From Ardenticatenia bacterium (GTDB lineage: Bacteria; Chloroflexota; Anaerolineae; 4572-78; NAK82), in NCBI GenBank assembly GCA_003130875.1, contig QEXY01000005.1:14799-78798 (forward strand): 64,000 bases of DNA, read 5' to 3'. Position numbers and translations under genes: made by a program. The notes under the pieces are model-generated. The model worked only from the letters and a program-made list of their open reading frames with translations, ran no database searches and was not told the DNA's origin. Below, in pieces: positions 58,959 through 64,000 of this stretch (position 1 is its first letter; each line of letters opens with the position of its first letter).

Positions 58959-60206
58959 TCATTCGTAGCGCAACGCATCAATCGGATTCAAGCTTGCAGC
59001 ACGGGTGGCTGGGTAAATCCCGAAAAACAGACCGACCGCCGCCGAGAAGATGGTTGCCAGTAAGATCGCCTCCAGACGCACGATAGTGTTGATCCCGGCC
59101 AGCTGGGTCACCAGTACGGAGCAAGCATACCCGAAGACGACCCCCTGTGCCCCACCGATTAAGGCAAGCACCACCGCTTCGACCAAAAATTGCAACAAAA
59201 TGTCGCGCCGTCGGGCACCCACTGCCTTGCGAATACCGATCTCGCGCGTGCGCTCGGTGACCGAGACCAGCATGATATTCATAATACCGATGCCCCCTAC
59301 AACCAGCGAGATGCCAGCGATCGCCCCCAGAACAATGGTAAACACAGCTGTGAAATCGCCGAATACTTTGATCAAATCGGACTGGCTGATAATTGAAAAG
59401 TCGTCGTCATCGCGAAAGCTGATGCGGTGGCGCTCTCGTAAGATCTCTGTCACCTGATCCGCTACTACATCCATGACATCCTGGCTGACCGTCTGAATGA
59501 AAATAAGCGAAACAGCCAGTTCACCGCGCACAACGGGCGCTCGGAACAATCGTGTCTGGGCCGTGCTGATCGGGATAATCACAATGTTATCCTGATTGCC
59601 GAATGGACCGCCACCCTTCTCCTCCAACACCCCGATAACGCGAAAAGGAATATCATTCAGCTTGACCGTCTGGCCGATGGGATACTCACCTTCGTCGAAC
59701 AGGCGCTCGGCCGGCTGTGCCCCCAAGACAGCGACGCGCGAACGTGCATTGACGTGTTCTTGGTTAATGAATTCGCCCAGCGTCAGGTTGAAATTGCGCA
59801 CTGATTGGTACTGAGGTGGTGCGCCGATAATATAAGTGGAAAGCTCTCGACTGCCACGCACGATCGTTCCATTGCGCGAATACTCCGCTGCAACAGCGAC
59901 CACACCGGACACCTGGAATGGATCTGCGATTGCCTCGGCATCTCCGAGGGTGAGCGGTTGTACCCGTTGCCCTGTGCGCCGTATTGGGGAGCTACCTGGC
60001 TCTAACTGGCCGGGGAAGACGAACAAAAGATTAGAGCCCAACCCGCTGAACTGTTGGGCGATGTATTCCTCAAAGCCATACCCCACTGAAAGCAGAGCAA
60101 TCACGGCCCCTACGCCGATGATAATGCCTAACATCGTGAGCGCAGCGCGTAGCTTGTTGACCGCCAGGGCGTTCAATGCGATGCGGATGCTTTCCAGCAA
60201 AGGCAT
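58959..60206 (-). CDS. MacB/FtsX-type ABC transporter permease
   Basis: It has the four-TM FtsX topology with a large extracytoplasmic loop. ERTREIGIRKAVGARRRDIL is present. Confidence 0.85.
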   Translation of the reverse strand: MPLLESIRIALNALAVNKLRAALTMLGIIIGVGAVIALLSVGYGFEEYIAQQFSGLGSNLLFVFPGQLEPGSSPIRRTGQRVQPLTLGDAEAIADPFQVSGVVAVAAEYSRNGTIVRGSRELSTYIIGAPPQYQSVRNFNLTLGEFINQEHVNARSRVAVLGAQPAERLFDEGEYPIGQTVKLNDIPFRVIGVLEEKGGGPFGNQDNIVIIPISTAQTRLFRAPVVRGELAVSLIFIQTVSQDVMDVVADQVTEILRERHRISFRDDDDFSIISQSDLIKVFGDFTAVFTIVLGAIAGISLVVGGIGIMNIMLVSVTERTREIGIRKAVGARRRDILLQFLVEAVVLALIGGAQGVVFGYACSVLVTQLAGINTIVRLEAILLATIFSAAVGLFFGIYPATRAASLNPIDALRYE

Positions 60207-60212
60207 AGGTGT

Positions 60213-60944
60213 TCAGGTCGCTGCGGTGGCATATGCCAGAGATGTAACTGGGCGATCGTCGACAATGCGTCCATCGGCGATGCGCACGATGCGCTGCGCG
60301 TGGCGCGCAATGTCGTGTTCGTGGGTGACCAAGATAATGGTGATGCCGCGCTCGGCGTTTAATCGCTGGAAGATGGCCATAATCTCCTCACCCGAACGCG
60401 AATCCAGGTTGCCGGTTGGCTCGTCGGCCAGGATGATGGCCGGCTGATTGACGATGGCACGTGCAATGGCGACACGCTGCTGTTGACCACCAGAGAGTTC
60501 ATTGGGGCGGTGGCGCATGCGGTCAGCCAGCCCCACCGCCTCCAGCGCCGCCAAAGCCAGTTCCCGCCGTTTGTGCGGTGCCACGCCGCTATAGATGAGG
60601 GGCAGTTCCACGTTCTCTAGTGCTGTAGCGCGTGGCAACAAGTTGAAATTCTGGAAAACAAAACCGATTTTGCGCCCTCGGACGTAGGCTAGCTGATCAT
60701 CGTTCATCTCTGCGACCGAGATGCCGTCCAGATAGTATCGTCCGCGGGTGGGTGTGTCCAGACAACCCAGGATGTTCAGTAAAGTCGACTTCCCAGAGCC
60801 GGATGCTCCCATAATTGCCAGCATCTCTCCGCGCTGCACTTGTAACGAAACGCCACATAATGCACATACCTGCACCGATCCCATCTGGTAGATCTTGACC
60901 AAGTCGCGCGCGTCAATCAATGCCTGAGCCGGTTGCTCTTCCAT
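60213..60944 (-). CDS. MacB/LolD-type ABC transporter ATP-binding protein
   Basis: It has [23 protein letters not shown] and [11 protein letters not shown]. Confidence 0.9.
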   Translation of the reverse strand: MEEQPAQALIDARDLVKIYQMGSVQVCALCGVSLQVQRGEMLAIMGASGSGKSTLLNILGCLDTPTRGRYYLDGISVAEMNDDQLAYVRGRKIGFVFQNFNLLPRATALENVELPLIYSGVAPHKRRELALAALEAVGLADRMRHRPNELSGGQQQRVAIARAIVNQPAIILADEPTGNLDSRSGEEIMAIFQRLNAERGITIILVTHEHDIARHAQRIVRIADGRIVDDRPVTSLAYATAAT

Positions 60945-60950
60945 TGCCTG

Positions 60951-62549
60951 TCAATCACCTGAGCGGAAAAGACGTTGCAGCTGTTCACGACGTGAGATCT
61001 TGCGCACGACCACACGATCGCCTTCTGCTAGACCCTGCACCACCTGACTGTAGGTCTCACTGCGCAGTCCCAATTGGATCTCTACCGGAGTGGATAGACC
61101 GTCCGACGTCACTTTCTCGACAAAGTAATGCGTCTCTCCGCGACTGCGGTCCACGCTGACGGCGCGGTTGGGGACGAGGAGCACGTCTTCCAGCCGCTCG
61201 ACTTCGATGGTGGCATCAGCACTCAGCCCTAGTAACAACACGGTACCAGGATCTTTCAGGGCAATGGTCACCTGATAGGAAACCACACCACCGGAACCGG
61301 CGGATGTCGCGCGCGGGGCAATCTCGGCGACGTATCCCTCTAATCGGGTATCAGGGAAGGCATCAACCGAGATGGAGACCTTCTGACCGAGGCGGACGCG
61401 CCCGACATCCACTTCGTCCACTTCCACGGTGAGCTGGTAAGCGGAGAGATCGCTGACCACAACTCCCTGTGCGCGGCCGGGCGTAGAGTTTTCACCCACT
61501 TTGAGGTTACTTTCGGTCACAATGCCATCTATCGGTGCCACCAGTAAGGCGCTTGCCAGATTAACCCGCGCCTGTTCCACGGCGATCTGCGCGGCATCCA
61601 CAGCTGCTTGAGCAATGGCAATCTCGATGGGGGATGGTTCCCTTAGCAAACGGCTTAGCGCTGCTTCGGCTTGCGCCAGCTGAGCTTCAGCAGCTTTTTG
61701 CTCGGCTTCTGAAGGCCCGCGCACCAGCCTGTCTAGGGCAGCTTCCGCCTGGGCCACCTGAGCTTCCGCCGCCGCTATGTCCGCTTCGTCAGCTCCCTTA
61801 GTCGCTAACAGATAGTTGGCCTTCGCTGCCTCGTAGTCAATGGTGGCTTGCTCCAGCTGAGCTGCTTGCGGCGAGGCTCCCACATCACCGCGGTAGGAGA
61901 TCTGATCGTAGGCCCACTGAGCTTGTTTGAGAGCGATCTCAGCGCGCCGCAGTTGAGCAGCTCGCACTGTGATCTCATTTTCGTCCAGCCCTTTAAGCAC
62001 GCGTCGCAAGTTGGCACGGGCGCTGGTCACTGCCGCTTGTGCCGAATCAAGTTCTTTTGGATTTGGGGGCGCTCGCAGCTCTTCCAGCTGCGCTTTGGCC
62101 TTTGCCACCTCTGCGCGTGCTGCTGCGACATCGGCCTCATCAGGTGGTTCATAGAGCTGCTCAAGCTGAGATCGGGCACGTGCCAGCTCAACTTCGGCGC
62201 GTCGGATTGCCAGCTCCAGATCATCGGTGCGCAACCGCGCCATCAGCGTTCCCTTTGTGACGTGCTGCCCACGTTCAACGAACACCTCTGCGACCACACC
62301 GCTGATGCCAAACTCCACACGAACCTCATTCCGAGGTTCAATGCGACCGGAGGCATTGATCGTGCTAAGGAGCGTGCCGCGGCCAATTGTGATCACCTCT
62401 TCCACTTCTGGATCGCGCGCGATGTCATAGGGTGCCGGATTGAGCAACGTCCAGCTTCCCACACTGATGCCAACAATCAGAAGCAGAATAGCGCTTATTC
62501 TAATGAAACGTGCCATGTTTCTTCTTCGCCATTCCCGATACCAATGCAC
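60951..62549 (-). CDS. HlyD/MacA-type membrane-fusion (periplasmic adaptor) protein with a greatly extended alpha-helical region
   Basis: It has an N-terminal TM helix and biotinyl-lipoyl and beta-barrel segments. About 8 Ala/Gln/Glu-rich helical modules lie between them. The start may be ATG 62516. Confidence 0.8.
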   Translation of the reverse strand: MHWYREWRRRNMARFIRISAILLLIVGISVGSWTLLNPAPYDIARDPEVEEVITIGRGTLLSTINASGRIEPRNEVRVEFGISGVVAEVFVERGQHVTKGTLMARLRTDDLELAIRRAEVELARARSQLEQLYEPPDEADVAAARAEVAKAKAQLEELRAPPNPKELDSAQAAVTSARANLRRVLKGLDENEITVRAAQLRRAEIALKQAQWAYDQISYRGDVGASPQAAQLEQATIDYEAAKANYLLATKGADEADIAAAEAQVAQAEAALDRLVRGPSEAEQKAAEAQLAQAEAALSRLLREPSPIEIAIAQAAVDAAQIAVEQARVNLASALLVAPIDGIVTESNLKVGENSTPGRAQGVVVSDLSAYQLTVEVDEVDVGRVRLGQKVSISVDAFPDTRLEGYVAEIAPRATSAGSGGVVSYQVTIALKDPGTVLLLGLSADATIEVERLEDVLLVPNRAVSVDRSRGETHYFVEKVTSDGLSTPVEIQLGLRSETYSQVVQGLAEGDRVVVRKISRREQLQRLFRSGD

Positions 62550-62634
62550 AAAGTATCTCGCATGTCGGGGGTAGCACGAGATCTTTCGGACTGCGATTGT
62601 GCTGGTTCTAGATTTCTATACACCGGCTGTCGGA

Positions 62635-63369
62635 TTATCCGCCGCTAAAGAGCATCGCTGGCACAGTTTGCACTGCCAACCCAAGGACAACATAGCTCAG
62701 TGTCAACAAAACAACTATCCCGCGACGCAGCTGCGCAGCGGAAAGGCCAAACGCTATTAATGCAATATGCCATAACCAAAACAGATCGAGGTTGCCTAAC
62801 GGAGCGAAGAGGGGATTACGGGTGTCTTGTACTAGGGTGCCTGTCGCCACCAGTATGGAGAGACCAGGGTAGCGCACAACTCGCCCGGCTGCCATTGTGA
62901 ACACGGCCTGCGCTAACCAATTGACGACATAAGGCAAGCGACTCCACACACTAAGCCGCCACATCCGCCCAAAACCGACGTCTCCACCCACAATGAGCGC
63001 CGCTAGATATAACCATAGTGTCTGGCCCGCCAAACCAACCAGCAAACCGAAGGAACTCCCGAGCAACGCGCCTGCTATCAGGACAGGTGTCGAAGTAAGA
63101 GTTTCCATTTGAGCAGCTACCTCTTTGCGCTGTTCGTCCGGCAGCTGCTGGAGTTGTCTCTGCAGCTGTTGCTGTGCCAGCTCTTTGTTGTATGGCACTT
63201 GTACAATGGCCAACGGAACAGAGGAAAGCAGCATAAGCAACAGAGGTATCAGCCAAACCGCTGCGCCGTGCCATTCGAGTGCTGCTCGTAACGCTCGCTT
63301 GGGCTGATCGACAATCGCTACCAACATGGTAATGAGCGATGGGTGTGAATCTACAACGGTGCTGCTCAT
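62635..63369 (-). CDS. Yip1-domain multi-TM membrane protein
   Basis: 244 aa with about 5 TM helices. The assignment rests on overall pattern only. Confidence 0.55.
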   Translation of the reverse strand: MSSTVVDSHPSLITMLVAIVDQPKRALRAALEWHGAAVWLIPLLLMLLSSVPLAIVQVPYNKELAQQQLQRQLQQLPDEQRKEVAAQMETLTSTPVLIAGALLGSSFGLLVGLAGQTLWLYLAALIVGGDVGFGRMWRLSVWSRLPYVVNWLAQAVFTMAAGRVVRYPGLSILVATGTLVQDTRNPLFAPLGNLDLFWLWHIALIAFGLSAAQLRRGIVVLLTLSYVVLGLAVQTVPAMLFSGG

Positions 63370-63547
63370 CGCATTCCTTCACTTCTGTCCACACTCCGTT
63401 CGTTAGACCTCACATCCTCATTCTTCGTTTTTCATTCTACATTGCTGCAGTCGTAATCACAAGAACGAGACAGGTATATCTATACAGTGGATATGGGCGG
63501 TTGTGGGGTAACGTGCTAGACTCCTAAGGTGAAAGTTCGTACTGGCT

Positions 63548-63575
63548 TTGACCATCTCAATGGATTTGATACAAT
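63548..63575 (+). promoter_or_regulatory. Sigma70-like promoter: TTGACC, 16-nt spacer, extended -10 TGATACAAT
   Basis: TTGACC is at 63548-63553 and TACAAT at 63570-63575, with TG at 63567-63568. Confidence 0.5.
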
Positions 63576-63638
63576 CTCTTTCGAGCTGAAAAGTAGAAGA
63601 ACTGCTTGTTGAACGAGAGCGAAAGGGAAAGAAATATT

Positions 63639-64000
63639 ATGAGCGACTGGTATCACTTGCGTGTGTCCGACGTGTTGGCCCATTTCCAAACCGATTCTGA
63701 TAATGGGTTGACTCAGGCAGAAGCTGAGCAGCGTTTGCAGGAATATGGTCCAAACGAACTTATCGAGCGTGGACTGAAAAGTCCTTGGCTAATCCTGTGG
63801 GAACAAATGACGGCTTTGATGGTGCTCATCCTGATCGTCTCGGCGGTCGTTTCTGCTGCACTGGGCGACTACAAGGATGCGGTGGCCATTGGGGCGATCA
63901 TTGTGCTGAACGCTGCCCTGGGGTTCATCCAGGAATATCGCGCTGAAAAAGCGATCTTGGCTTTGAAGAAGATGGCAGTGCCGCGCGTGCGGGTACGTCG
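63639..64000 (+). CDS. 5' part of a P-type cation-transporting ATPase (type IIA Ca2+-ATPase-like); it runs off the right edge
   Basis: It is not in the ORF track because no stop falls within the window. The translation MSDWYHLRVSDVLAHFQTDSDNGLTQAEAEQRLQEYGPNEL...LILIVSAVVSAALGDYKDAVAI is the classic N-terminal cation-ATPase domain. An AAAGGGAAAG SD lies upstream. Confidence 0.85.
   Translation, partial: MSDWYHLRVSDVLAHFQTDSDNGLTQAEAEQRLQEYGPNELIERGLKSPWLILWEQMTALMVLILIVSAVVSAALGDYKDAVAIGAIIVLNAALGFIQEYRAEKAILALKKMAVPRVRVR

Noticed and set aside
61848-62648. A 266-aa plus-strand ORF antisense to the HlyD/MacA gene
   Set aside because: It lies entirely inside a well-supported minus-strand gene. 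Its translation is low-complexity (Cys/Leu/Arg/Gln-rich), as expected from the reverse complement of an Ala/Glu/Gln-rich repeat region. I see no motifs and no start context.

Overview
The window is a GC-rich, gene-dense bacterial chromosomal segment of about 60 genes. F420 enzymes, Pro/Thr-rich linkers, a sortase and a split BY-kinase fit a Chloroflexota-like monoderm, but that placement is a weak inference. I saw no rRNA, tRNA, CRISPR array, transposase or integrase. Gene content from left to right:
- an F420-linked amidohydrolase operon
- cell-wall and protease genes
- a DNA-modification module (radical SAM, CcrM-type methyltransferase, AlbA_2 protein)
- pcm and an AmmeMemoRadiSam enzyme
- an exopolysaccharide cluster (GT4, two Wzz-like co-polymerases, BY-kinase, RmlA-like)
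- a sortase and a membrane LuxR-Kelch regulator
- a sugar operon containing a URO-D-like gene
- dNK, rnc and ogt
- a three-subunit acyl-CoA carboxylase
- a PPi-type PFK and an aldo/keto reductase
- a desaturase-Rieske-FNR triple fusion
- a long minus-strand ABC/FGGY-kinase/E1-E2 catabolic operon with a SorC regulator
- rodZ
- a ProRS-like gene paired with ybaK
- an actinobacterial-style FHA/RodA/PbpA cluster
- a MacAB-like efflux system
- Yip1 and the 5' end of a P-type ATPase

The best candidates for undescribed biology are:
1. A full-length ProRS homolog whose class II catalytic motifs are eroded, while its INS editing domain and anticodon-binding domain look intact. It sits divergently next to ybaK.
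2. A class B PBP homolog that has lost all three catalytic motifs (SxxK, SxN, KTG) and is translationally coupled to an intact SEDS polymerase.
3. A TIGR03916-like DNA modification/repair radical SAM gene that lacks its usual partner. It is followed by a CcrM-family N6-adenine methyltransferase that overlaps a Schlafen/AlbA_2-HATPase protein.
4. A sugar ABC / pentulose-kinase operon wired to an acetoin-dehydrogenase-like E1 plus a cleanly split E2.

All calls come from reading the translations and the DNA by eye. No searches were run, and start codons are approximate where noted.
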